From Candidatus Margulisiibacteriota bacterium (GTDB lineage Bacteria; Margulisbacteria; Termititenacia; Termititenacales; Termititenacaceae): DNA of 64,000 nucleotides. This document shows, piece by piece, positions 45,212 through 54,345 of this stretch (its first letter is position 1; every line of letters starts with the position of its first letter). The stretch covers positions 1,294 through 65,293 of the forward strand of contig JAISQA010000025.1 in assembly GCA_031274525.1 (NCBI GenBank), in the 5' to 3' direction. A program made the translations under genes and the position numbers. The notes under the pieces were generated by a model. It was not told where the DNA came from. It did not search any database and was given only the letters and a program-made list of their open reading frames with translations.

Positions 45212-45967
45212 TCAATATTCGGCGCCATGCGGCGCGGCATTGCGAAATTCTGCTCTGAGCCGTTTTTCTTCAGTCAGCGTTTTAGCCTGCAGTTCGTCAG
45301 CGCGTCCCAGCACAGCCCTTAACTCTTTAGCGAGATCCTTTCTTTTGTCTGCGTTAAAGGCCTTGATTTTTCCGCGCAGAGCGTGGTAAATCCATCTATA
45401 CAGTCTATCTTCCGGGGCAGAATGGTCTCTTTTGTTTTTCGGTCTTCTTTTATTTTCTTCCACCCAGTCAATCAGCTCTGCCAGATTGCGCTCCTGATTG
45501 ACCACATCCTGCGTGCGGGTCACATCAACGCCCTGCTCTGCCAGCTGCTCCAGAATCTGCGGGTCGGATTTTCGCTCATAGAACCACAAATAGTACGGCA
45601 CTTCGTCAGCATTAACTTTACCCGGCATCCGGTCATGTTCCTGAAAAAAAACCACAAATCTCTCCAGCGCCGCCTTGCGCTGCATAGCCAGAATAGTCCG
45701 GTCAAAATCGACTCCGGCGGCGGCCAGCGCGGCCATAACATCCGCATATTGCTTCTTTCTCTTGAACCAGCTGCGAATAGGCTGTTTGCTGTGCGGCAAG
45801 ACTTCGCCGTTTTCTTTATACGCAGCCACAAACTCCTGTTTGCGTTTTTCCAGCTGCGCGTAATCCCACTCCCGGTTATCGGCCCAGCTGGTATATATTT
45901 TCTTTCCGTCTTTGTAGACAATATTCATTGTATTAAATATTTCGTAAGTTCCGGCCAATTGTTGCAT
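45212..45967 (-). CDS. Helicase-associated (HA) domain repeat protein, hypothetical
   Basis: Three ~60-aa repeats with a W...F...Y/H..G..P...W pattern (for example WDYAQLEKRKQEFVAAYKENGEVLP and LIDWVEENKRRPKNKRDHSAPEDRLYRWI). Confidence 0.35.
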   Translation of the reverse strand: MQQLAGTYEIFNTMNIVYKDGKKIYTSWADNREWDYAQLEKRKQEFVAAYKENGEVLPHSKQPIRSWFKRKKQYADVMAALAAAGVDFDRTILAMQRKAALERFVVFFQEHDRMPGKVNADEVPYYLWFYERKSDPQILEQLAEQGVDVTRTQDVVNQERNLAELIDWVEENKRRPKNKRDHSAPEDRLYRWIYHALRGKIKAFNADKRKDLAKELRAVLGRADELQAKTLTEEKRLRAEFRNAAPHGAEY

Positions 45968-45992
45968 ACTGTTTATGTTATAATTCCCCCGC

Positions 45993-46188
45993 CCTGAAAA
46001 TCAGCTCACGCGAACTGCCGGGCTGCAATTAACAGCCTGTCATTATATAAAGTATCTGTATTAAAGGAGTTTACTTTTTTATGAAGGTCATCTCACGCTG
46101 ACTTCCGTGTTACAATTAGCAGCCTGTCATTATACAAAGTATCAGTATTAAAGGAGTCTGCTTTTTTATGAAGGTCATTGGCATCACC
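45993..46188 (+). repeat. 2 x 98-bp tandem direct repeat (~88% identity) spanning the RBS and start codon of the Mur ligase gene
   Basis: Unit ctcacgc...attaaaggagt.t.cttttttATGAAGGTCAT at 45993 and again at 46091. Copy 1 gives a 6-codon ORF (MKVISR*); copy 2 starts the real gene. Confidence 0.75.
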
Positions 46189-47184
46189 GGCACCAACGGT
46201 AAGACCACCACCACGCATATAGTCTGTGAAATACTCCAAAAAGCCGGTTATAAAGCCGCTAAAATCGGCACCATCACCAACCGCCTGACCACGCCGTCGC
46301 CCTGGGAGCTGGCGGAGATATTTGAACGCGAGCGGCAAAAAGGCACGGAATATCTGGTCATGGAAGTGTCCTCGCACGGCATTCATCAGGATCGGGTCAA
46401 GGGTATTTTTTTTCATGTCAAAGCCCTCACCAATATCACGCGCGATCATCTGGATTATCACAAAACTTTCCGGGCCTATAAAAAAGTAAAATACGGCTGG
46501 CTGCGGCGCGGACACGGCATAAAAATAACCCCGCGGCTCTGGCACAAAGAAAAAATTGATTTTGCGCAGCCGTTCAGCGGTAAATTCAACGAGCACAATT
46601 TACAGACCGCGCTGGCTATACTCAAGTCCTTAAATATACTGCCGGAGCCGCAGCTAAAAAAACTTTTTGCCTGTCTGTCCCCTGTTCCCGGCCGTTTTGA
46701 GGTCATCGCCCGCAGGCCGTTTATGGTCATCGTGGACTATGCCCACACGCCGGACGGCGTGGAAAATCTGCTCAATGCCGTGCTGGCCCTGCGCAGGAAA
46801 CAGGGCTCCGGCCGGATCATCACGGTCTTCGGCTGCGGCGGCGACCGCGACAGGGGCAAGCGTCCCAAAATGGGCCGGCTGGTTTTGCGCAAAAGCGATA
46901 TTTGCGTGGTGACTTCCGACAATCCGCGCACGGAAAATCCCGCTGCAATCATTCAAGACATTTTAACGGGCATGAAACAAAATTTTTTCACCAGAGCCAA
47001 ACAAATTAAGATTGAGGCTGACCGCGGACGGGCTATCGCCCAGGCTATGGCGCTGGCCGACCCGGGCGATTTTGTGGTGCTGGCCGGCAAAGGCCATGAG
47101 ACCTATCAGGTGATCGGCACCGCCAGACATCATTTTGACGATCATGAGGAAGCGCAAAAGGCGCTGGAATTATGCCTCAAATAA
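46168..47184 (+). CDS. MurE-like Mur ligase family protein lacking the N-terminal UDP-binding domain
   Basis: Begins directly at the ATP-binding P-loop GITGTNGKTTT. ...VMEVSSHGIHQDRV...TNITRDHLDYHKT... and C-terminal DYAHTPDGV...TVFGCGGDRDRGKRPKMG...TSDNPRTENP...AGKGHE are MurE signatures. 338 aa versus about 490 for MurE. Confidence 0.65.
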   Translation: MKVIGITGTNGKTTTTHIVCEILQKAGYKAAKIGTITNRLTTPSPWELAEIFERERQKGTEYLVMEVSSHGIHQDRVKGIFFHVKALTNITRDHLDYHKTFRAYKKVKYGWLRRGHGIKITPRLWHKEKIDFAQPFSGKFNEHNLQTALAILKSLNILPEPQLKKLFACLSPVPGRFEVIARRPFMVIVDYAHTPDGVENLLNAVLALRRKQGSGRIITVFGCGGDRDRGKRPKMGRLVLRKSDICVVTSDNPRTENPAAIIQDILTGMKQNFFTRAKQIKIEADRGRAIAQAMALADPGDFVVLAGKGHETYQVIGTARHHFDDHEEAQKALELCLK

Positions 47185-48185
47185 AAAGAGTCCGGACTAA
47201 AACTATTCGGATCGGCTCCGTACCGATCGGCGGGAAAAATCCTATCGCCATTCAGTCGATGACCAATACTTTTACAACCGACATTCGGGCCACGCTCGGA
47301 CAGATCAGGGCCTGCGCGGAAGCCGGCTGCGACATTATCCGCGTGACCGTGCCGGATCAGAAAGCGCTGGAGGCTTTTGCGGAAATAAAAAAACAAAGTC
47401 CTTTGCCGGTCGTGGCGGATATTCATTTTGACCACCGTCTGGCTATTGGCGCGATCGCCGCCGGGGCGGATAAGATCCGGATCAATCCCGGCAATATTCC
47501 GGGCCGGGCCAAACTAAAAGAGATCATCGCCGCGGCCAGAAAACACCATACCCCCATCCGCCTCGGCGTGAATGCCGGCTCCACCCGCAAAGATCTGGCC
47601 GCGCTGGCCGTGGAGTACTGCACATTTTTTGAAGCGCAGAAATTCACCAATCTCGTCCTGTCCCTCAAGTCTTCGTCGGTGCCGGACACACTGGCCGCTC
47701 ATGCCAAAATTCTAGCTAAAAGAAATTATCCCCTGCATATCGGCATCACCGAAGCCGGCACCGCATATTACGGCGCCATAAAATCCGCCGTGGGGCTGGG
47801 CGCGCTGCTGAGCCGCGGCATCGGCGACACACTCCGTGTCTCGCTCACCGCTGACCCAGTCAAAGAAGTCACCGCCGCCAGATATATTCTCAAGGCGCTG
47901 GGTCTAATAAAATGCCCGGAAGTCATCGCCTGCCCTACCTGCGGCCGGACGCAGATCGATATTATCGGTCTGGCCAATACTGTCGAGCAAAAACTGCAAA
48001 AGCTGAACAAAAATATTACCGTCGCGGTAATGGGCTGCGTGGTCAACGGGCCGGGCGAGGCGGCGCGCGCGGATTACGGCATTGCCGGCGGCAAAGGTCA
48101 GGGCATCATTTTTGCCAGAGGCCGGAAATTAAAAACTGTGCCGGAAAAAGATCTGGTCGCGGAATTATTTAAGTTGATAAACTAA
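47172..48185 (+). CDS. ispG: 4-hydroxy-3-methylbut-2-en-1-yl diphosphate synthase
   Basis: KTIRIGSVPIGGKNPIAIQSMTNT. Three-Cys cluster region CPTCGRTQIDIIG...GCVVNGPGE. Confidence 0.9.
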   Translation: MPQIKRVRTKTIRIGSVPIGGKNPIAIQSMTNTFTTDIRATLGQIRACAEAGCDIIRVTVPDQKALEAFAEIKKQSPLPVVADIHFDHRLAIGAIAAGADKIRINPGNIPGRAKLKEIIAAARKHHTPIRLGVNAGSTRKDLAALAVEYCTFFEAQKFTNLVLSLKSSSVPDTLAAHAKILAKRNYPLHIGITEAGTAYYGAIKSAVGLGALLSRGIGDTLRVSLTADPVKEVTAARYILKALGLIKCPEVIACPTCGRTQIDIIGLANTVEQKLQKLNKNITVAVMGCVVNGPGEAARADYGIAGGKGQGIIFARGRKLKTVPEKDLVAELFKLIN

Positions 48186-48254
48186 ACCTACCCTGAAATC
48201 CTGAATTAAATTTTCCGGTATTGGGTAAAATATCTATTATAGTATAATCTACCA

Positions 48255-49280
48255 ATGCCAGATTCTGCTGAATATTTTATGCGCGCGGCCCTGCGGCTGG
48301 CGGAGAGAGGACGCGGCTTTGTCTCGCCCAATCCGCTGGTCGGCGCGGTCATTGTCCGGAACGGCCGGATAATCGCGCGCGGCTGGCACGCCGCTTGCGG
48401 GCAGGTTCACGCGGAGCGGGCGGCGATACTGGCGCTGGCCGGCCAAAGACCGGTCAAAAATTGTGCCTCGGGCGCGACTATCTATGTGAATCTCGAACCC
48501 TGCGCGCATCACGGCCGGACGCCGCCCTGCACGGACATTATTATCGAGGCCGGAATAAAAAAAGTCGTCTTTGCCCTGCGCGATCCCAATCCCAAAGTCC
48601 ATAAATTAAATCCCGTGCATATTTTGCAGAAAGCCGGTATTGAGGTTGTTTATCCGGTTTTAGAAAAAGAAGCACGGGAGCTGAACAAGATTTTTTTCAA
48701 GAACCAGCAAGAGCATTTACCGTACGTCACGCTAAAATCAGCGGTAACTCTCGATGGCAAGATTGCCGACGCGCGCGGCCGGAGCAAATGGATCACCGGA
48801 GCCGGGGCGCGCGCGGCAGTGCATAAGTTGCGGCTGGCGCACGACGCGGTGCTCGTCGGCAAGAATACGGTATTACTGGATAACCCACGCTTGAACATCC
48901 GCATCCCCGGCGTAAAAAAAGAAAATTACAAAATAATTCTGGGCGCGCGCGGAGATTTTCCGTCAGGCACTAAATTATTAAAAGACCCTAAAGCAATTTT
49001 TGTTAAAGAAAAAAATCTAACGAAACTTCTACGGAATTTGTATCAAAAACAGGGCATCTGCTCGCTACTGGTCGAGGGCGGCAGCGCGGTAAACACGGCT
49101 TTTCTCAAGGCCGGACTGGTCGATGAATGGCAGTTATTCATCGCGCCGAAACTGCTGGGCGGCGGTCTGCCGGCACTGGGCGAACTGGGCCTCCGCCGGA
49201 TAGCCCGCGCCAAATCCGCCAGCATACACTTCGCGCGTTTTTACGGCCAGGACTTGCTACTGGAAATATATTTGCACTGA
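48255..49280 (+). CDS. ribD: Bifunctional riboflavin biosynthesis protein RibD (deaminase/reductase)
   Basis: CMP/dCMP deaminase zinc motif HAERAA...LEPCAHHGRTPPC. C-terminal RibD reductase domain LKSAVTLDGKIA... Confidence 0.85.
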   Translation: MPDSAEYFMRAALRLAERGRGFVSPNPLVGAVIVRNGRIIARGWHAACGQVHAERAAILALAGQRPVKNCASGATIYVNLEPCAHHGRTPPCTDIIIEAGIKKVVFALRDPNPKVHKLNPVHILQKAGIEVVYPVLEKEARELNKIFFKNQQEHLPYVTLKSAVTLDGKIADARGRSKWITGAGARAAVHKLRLAHDAVLVGKNTVLLDNPRLNIRIPGVKKENYKIILGARGDFPSGTKLLKDPKAIFVKEKNLTKLLRNLYQKQGICSLLVEGGSAVNTAFLKAGLVDEWQLFIAPKLLGGGLPALGELGLRRIARAKSASIHFARFYGQDLLLEIYLH

Positions 49281-49392
49281 GATCCTAACAATCACTATGA
49301 TCTGTTATTTCGCCTTACAGCAGGAGAAATATTTTGTCGGAAGGCGCTTTGGCTCGAACTCAATGCCCCTGGCTTGCCGCCTGCGGGAATTC

Positions 49393-49590
49393 TTAAACTA
49401 ACAACACACAGCCAAAAATGATGGGAATTACCGTATAGCAGACAAAATGAATTATCCAGCCGTATTTGCCGTATTTTTTCTGCATAGCCGCATATTTATA
49501 AAGCCGCCCCGGACTGCGGACCCGCAGCCAGGCCATGCTCAAACCATAAAGAATACAAACCCAGCCAAAAATATCCGCCAGAGTGTTCAT
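49393..49590 (-). CDS. Small membrane protein (65 aa), hypothetical
   Basis: Two hydrophobic segments. Just downstream of lepB. Confidence 0.3.
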   Translation of the reverse strand: MNTLADIFGWVCILYGLSMAWLRVRSPGRLYKYAAMQKKYGKYGWIIHFVCYTVIPIIFGCVLLV

Positions 49591-49599
49591 CTAAACTCC

Positions 49600-50340
49600 T
49601 TACTTTAAAATCTTCCAGCGCCACGGCGGCAGAGCGACAAATCTGGCCACGCCGACTAGATGATCTTCCGGCACAAAACCCCAGAACCTGCTGTCCGAGC
49701 TATTCGGGCGATTGTCGCCCAGCACAAAATAATGCCCCTCCGGCACTTTGAGCGGCCCGTAATAACTAAAATCATTGACCCAGCTAAAATCATCCTGGCC
49801 GGACAGATACTCGCCGTTGATCAGGACGCGCCCGTTACGCAGCTCGACCACATCGCCAGGCAGGCCGATGCAGCGCTTCACGTAGTCCATGCCCGCGCGC
49901 CCCGGCAGAGCAAAATAAGCCGCATAATCGCGCCCGTCGATTTGATACACATACTCCTGCTCCGGCTGGGGCTTCAGCGGCACTTTGAAAATCACTATAT
50001 CCAGCCGCCGGGGCCGCACGCCAAAGTCCCACCAAAACCGCTGTTTCACAATTTTGCGCTCGGTCTGAAACCAGGGATTGGGCAGAACGAACAGCAGTTT
50101 GGCGGAATACCAGGCCTCGCGCAAGGGATTGGAAATACCGTAATACAGGCGGTTGACGATCAGCACATCGCCGACTTTGAGCGTGGGGATCATCGAGCCG
50201 GACGGGATAATAAAAATGGTCAGCACTGTCGCTTTCAAAAACAGGGCAAAAATAATAACCCCCAGAATAGACCAGACTGTTTCTTTTTTTTGGGGTTTGG
50301 GCGGCGTGTCCTGCTTTTTATTAAAAAACGCAAAAGACAT
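49600..50340 (-). CDS. lepB: Signal peptidase I
   Basis: Box B SGSMIPTLKVGD. Box D/E GDNRPNSSDSRFWG. N-terminal TM segment. Confidence 0.85.
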   Translation of the reverse strand: MSFAFFNKKQDTPPKPQKKETVWSILGVIIFALFLKATVLTIFIIPSGSMIPTLKVGDVLIVNRLYYGISNPLREAWYSAKLLFVLPNPWFQTERKIVKQRFWWDFGVRPRRLDIVIFKVPLKPQPEQEYVYQIDGRDYAAYFALPGRAGMDYVKRCIGLPGDVVELRNGRVLINGEYLSGQDDFSWVNDFSYYGPLKVPEGHYFVLGDNRPNSSDSRFWGFVPEDHLVGVARFVALPPWRWKILK

Positions 50341-50350
50341 CAGCGTTTGT

Positions 50351-50941
50351 TCAGACCTGCGGGGTTTCCGCCGGAGCGGCTGCGCCAGCGGTGGCCGCGG
50401 CGATAGCTGCCGCCGGGGAAACAGGTTCAGGGGCTTTGACCTCTTCGGCGCTTTTTTTAGCCGCCTCTTCTTTTGCTTTAGCTTCGGCTTCTTTTACTTC
50501 TTTAGCCGCCTGCTCGCGGATTTTTTCCTGTTCTTTACGCAGTCTGGATTTCTCGACCGCCGCCGAGATATTCTTCTGCAAATCTTCTTTTACCCGCGTG
50601 ATCCTGGAGCCGACGAGATCGCGCAGGTAATACAGCCGCGCCCGTCTGGCCTTGCCGTACTTGACCAGATCAATTTTGGCCACGGTTTTAGCATGCAGCG
50701 GAAAAGTCTTCTCCACACCGATGCCGTCCACGACTTTGCGCACCGTCACCATTTCATTGAGCCCGCTGCCGCTCCTGCTGATAACCACGCCTTCGAAGAT
50801 CTGAATTCTTTCTTTTTTCTCTTTTTTACCGGCATCTTCCACAATGCGCTGATGCACTTTGATCGTATCGCCGGCGCGAAAATTGCCAATATCAGTCTTT
50901 TTCTGCCTGTTCTCAATTTCCATTATAATAGCGTTCTTCAT
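50351..50941 (-). CDS. rplS: 50S ribosomal protein L19 with a Lys/Ala/Glu-rich C-terminal extension
   Basis: FRAGDTIKVHQRIVE...IQIFEGVVISRSGSGLNEMVTVRKV...LYYLRDLVG matches L19. About 80 extra C-terminal residues (KEQEKIREQAAKEVKEAEAKAKEEAAKK...). Confidence 0.85.
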   Translation of the reverse strand: MKNAIIMEIENRQKKTDIGNFRAGDTIKVHQRIVEDAGKKEKKERIQIFEGVVISRSGSGLNEMVTVRKVVDGIGVEKTFPLHAKTVAKIDLVKYGKARRARLYYLRDLVGSRITRVKEDLQKNISAAVEKSRLRKEQEKIREQAAKEVKEAEAKAKEEAAKKSAEEVKAPEPVSPAAAIAAATAGAAAPAETPQV

Positions 50942-51029
50942 ACACTCTCCGTCGTTTTACCACAAAGGGGTGACAGTTTATTATATTCTGGCAGGGGTGT
51001 CAACGTGCTGTACAATCTCCCGGCTTTTT

Positions 51030-52748
51030 TCAAGCACCACCGGCAGCAATTGGTTGCTCTATCCGCAGCAAGGCCGCCTGGTATTCTTTGAGCAGATAAC
51101 TTTTCGGCACCAGCGTGTGGATATTGTCCCACGGCAGCGTCCGGTCAGTATCAAGCGGCTGGAGAAAATCCGCCAGAGTTTTGCCCACTTGTTTGATAGC
51201 TTGCAGCCAGAGCTCATAACGGAAATGCTCCTGCCAGCCGTCGTACTGACAGCCCAGCCTGTACGCCGCCAGAATGAGCTGTCCGCTTTCCCGTCCGCTG
51301 CGGCTCAAGACAGCCTCGATAGCTGAGGATTCCGCCTGATGATACCGAAACTGTATACGCCGCGAATGTAAATTTTGTTTGAGGAGAGTTTGTTTGCGTT
51401 TGATCTCCTCCGGAGCATTGACCGCCGCCCACTGGAACGGCGTATGCGCTTTAGGCACAAAATTGGATGCGCTGAGCGTAATTGTGAAATTTCTGGTCTG
51501 TTTATTGTCAGCCAGTATTTTTTCCGCCAGCGCCGGGATAGCCGCGACATCCTCATCCGTCTCGCCCGGCAGGCCCAGCATAAAATAAAGTTTCAGCGAA
51601 CGGATGCCGCTCGCCAGCGCAATATGCGCCGCGCGGAGTATATCGTCCTCGCTCATTTCCTTGTGAATAATATCCCGCAGCCGCTGGGTGCCGGCTTCCG
51701 GCGCGATAGTCACGGTGCTGCGCCGGACTTTCTGGGTCTCGGCCAGCAGTCTGGCTGAGATACTCTCCGTGCGCAGCGAGGGCAGTGAAATATTGATATT
51801 TTGGGACGCATAACGCTGATTGAGCGCGCAGGCCAGCTCCTCGATCTGCGGATAGTCCGTGGCGGTCAGGGACAGCAGGGACAGCTCGGTATAACCGCTC
51901 TCCTTGAGCCCGGTCTCGGCGTCGCGCAGAATATCCGGCAGCGGCCGGGGGCGCAGCGGCCGCCAGGTAAAGCCCGCCTGACAAAACCGGCAGCCGTGCA
52001 GACAGCCGCGCATTATTTCCAGCACCAGCCGGTTATGCACCGTATCTATATAGGGAATGATAGTCTTGACCGGATTATTTAATTTACTCAGATCTTTAAT
52101 GTAATTTTTAGTGGTTGAGTTGCGCAAAGACGGCACATAGATCCCGTCCCGGCCCAGTCCGGCCAGCTGTTTTAATTTCTCCGCTCTGGGCAGTTTTTTA
52201 AGCTCCGTCCGGGCCAGTTCGCGCAGAAAATCCTCGAACAATTCCTCGCCTTCGCCGATCAAAGCGACATCGATAAAATCCGCCAGCGGCTCGACATTAA
52301 AAGCGCAGGGGCCGCCGGCAAAAATGAGCGGCGCGTCCTCGCCGCGGTCTTTGGCCGCCAGCGGGATCTGCGCTCTGTCCAGAAACAAAAGCAGATTGGT
52401 ATAGGTCAGCTCGTGCTGGAGTGAAAAACCAACCGTGTCAAAATCTTTCAACGGCGTCCGGCTCTCCAGCGAAAACAGCGGCCAGCCTCTGGCCTGCAGC
52501 GCGGCCAGCATGTCCTCTTCCGGCAGGAAAGCCCGCTCCACCGCGGCTTCGGACAGGGCATTGCCGCGGAAATACAGGATATTCAGGCCCAGATTGGAGG
52601 TGCCTATAGCATATTTGTCTGGATAACACAGACAGCAGGTGATCCCGCCGTGGCCGGGTTTATGCACCGAATTTTCTTCATTATTGATATACTGCGCCGG
52701 TGCGCGCACGGAACGCAGGAGCTTCTTAAATTCTTTCTGATCAAGCAT
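51030..52748 (-). CDS. Radical SAM family protein (B12-binding-domain type)
   Basis: CxxxCxxC as CLHGCRFC. 572 aa with an N-terminal B12-like region. Confidence 0.65.
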   Translation of the reverse strand: MLDQKEFKKLLRSVRAPAQYINNEENSVHKPGHGGITCCLCYPDKYAIGTSNLGLNILYFRGNALSEAAVERAFLPEEDMLAALQARGWPLFSLESRTPLKDFDTVGFSLQHELTYTNLLLFLDRAQIPLAAKDRGEDAPLIFAGGPCAFNVEPLADFIDVALIGEGEELFEDFLRELARTELKKLPRAEKLKQLAGLGRDGIYVPSLRNSTTKNYIKDLSKLNNPVKTIIPYIDTVHNRLVLEIMRGCLHGCRFCQAGFTWRPLRPRPLPDILRDAETGLKESGYTELSLLSLTATDYPQIEELACALNQRYASQNINISLPSLRTESISARLLAETQKVRRSTVTIAPEAGTQRLRDIIHKEMSEDDILRAAHIALASGIRSLKLYFMLGLPGETDEDVAAIPALAEKILADNKQTRNFTITLSASNFVPKAHTPFQWAAVNAPEEIKRKQTLLKQNLHSRRIQFRYHQAESSAIEAVLSRSGRESGQLILAAYRLGCQYDGWQEHFRYELWLQAIKQVGKTLADFLQPLDTDRTLPWDNIHTLVPKSYLLKEYQAALLRIEQPIAAGGA

Positions 52749-53553
52749 CGGCTAAAATGGTTTTGACAAACTGCTGATTAAATATATGGCCGGATTTATA
52801 CACGAAAAATTCCGCCTGAGGCAAAGCGCCCAGCGCCGCGATATCACCTATAAAATCCAGAATTTTGTGCCGGACCAATTCATCGGGAAAACGCAGCGCC
52901 TGAGAAAAACCCGCCGCGCCGATCACCAGCGCGTTCTGCAGGGTGGCCCCGCGCGCCAGCCGGTGCTGTAACAGATAGGCTATTTCTTCCTGAAAGCCGT
53001 AAGTCCGCGCCGGCGCTATCTCCTGAACAAAATCCGTTTTGCCAAATTCAAAACTGTACACATCGGTCTGCACCACAGGATGGGTATAATCCAGCAGAAA
53101 ATTTACCTTGAAAGCCGCCGCCGGCAGCGCCAGAATAAATTTGCCGCTCCCGGTCAGCTGCCGCGGCTTTTTCAGGTTAAAAAAGTTTTTCGGTTTGTTC
53201 TGCTCCTGAATACCGGCGGCCAGAATCTGCTCGACCACAAACCGGGCCGAGCCGTCCTTGATCGGCGCTTCATCGCCGTCCACCTCGACCAGCACGTTAT
53301 CAAGGCCCAGCCCGGTCAGGGCGGACACCAGATGCTCCACCGTCTGGATCGTGCTGCCGTCCGTAAAAACAATCTCGGTGCCGCGCTCGGTGCCGCGCAC
53401 ATTGGGACAAAAATATCTGCTGGTCAGCGTGGAACTGCGGAAAATAAGTCCGCTGTCCGGCTTGAGCGGAGACATCGTTACTTCCGCAAATTTGCCGGTG
53501 TGAATACCATAACCGTTAAAAACGAGTTGTTTGGCGATAGTTCTCTGGTTCAT
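52741..53553 (-). CDS. lpxC: UDP-3-O-acyl-N-acetylglucosamine deacetylase
   Basis: ...HKILDFIGDIAALG... and N-terminal ...GIHTGK... match LpxC. Confidence 0.85.
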   Translation of the reverse strand: MNQRTIAKQLVFNGYGIHTGKFAEVTMSPLKPDSGLIFRSSTLTSRYFCPNVRGTERGTEIVFTDGSTIQTVEHLVSALTGLGLDNVLVEVDGDEAPIKDGSARFVVEQILAAGIQEQNKPKNFFNLKKPRQLTGSGKFILALPAAAFKVNFLLDYTHPVVQTDVYSFEFGKTDFVQEIAPARTYGFQEEIAYLLQHRLARGATLQNALVIGAAGFSQALRFPDELVRHKILDFIGDIAALGALPQAEFFVYKSGHIFNQQFVKTILADA

Positions 53554-53621
53554 TAAGTGATTATACCAAACCAGCGTAAATCAGGCGCCGAAAATCGGGC
53601 CCGGTTGTACTTTTTTAACGC

Positions 53622-54326
53622 TCACATAAAATCGGTAATAGTCATGCCCAGCATGCCGTAAAGCGGGTTGAGCTCGACCTCTTTGCCGTTCTCGTCAATC
53701 TGCGTTATCCTGCTGTGCACCATATTGACCAGCATGAAATTGAAATACATCGTGTCGCTGGTGTAAACCCGGACACCGGCGTTGAGATTGTATTTATTGC
53801 CGTCATAAGCCACCACATCCGCCAGCCAGGACAAATATTCGCTGGTATAGTACTCACCGCCGCACATGGCCGACGCGACCACTTCCCGGCCGACATAGCG
53901 GCCGACAAAGCCCAGACTGAAAGAATGACCGCCCTGAAATTTTTTGGTGGTGACCATATACATATCGGGATTATCCTGAAAGGTGCCCATGGAGGAAAGA
54001 TTTTCAAAGCCAATGGCTACATACAGCGGGTCTTCGTAATCATTCAGCGTGCCAAACCATTTGAGATTGAGATACAGGCCTTCCCGCTCGCTGCGGCCCT
54101 GAAACGTAACTTCGATCCATTCCGCCCAGCCCAGCCCCATGTTGTATTTCCAGTGCGACTGTATTTCTTCCGTGCCGGAAAAAGAGCTCAAGCCCAGATT
54201 GTACTGTTGAAAACGCAGGCCTTCTCCGTTGGGCATCACAATGTAGCCGGTCGTGCCGTTAATATTGCGCCCCGCCGCGCCCACTATCGCCGGAAAAAAA
54301 AGTAAAACAAATAAAAGCTTTTTCAT
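53622..54326 (-). CDS. Exported/outer-membrane protein, hypothetical
   Basis: Probable start MKKLLFVLLFFPAIVGAAG (signal peptide). The track ORF is longer because it begins at an upstream start. Confidence 0.45.
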   Translation of the reverse strand: MKKLLFVLLFFPAIVGAAGRNINGTTGYIVMPNGEGLRFQQYNLGLSSFSGTEEIQSHWKYNMGLGWAEWIEVTFQGRSEREGLYLNLKWFGTLNDYEDPLYVAIGFENLSSMGTFQDNPDMYMVTTKKFQGGHSFSLGFVGRYVGREVVASAMCGGEYYTSEYLSWLADVVAYDGNKYNLNAGVRVYTSDTMYFNFMLVNMVHSRITQIDENGKEVELNPLYGMLGMTITDFM

Positions 54327-54345
54327 AAATACCCCCCGCTTTACT

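Noticed and set aside
49300-49392. Possible tRNA remnant (ggctcgaactca...)
   Set aside because: No cloverleaf could be folded; only a weak T-arm-like resemblance.
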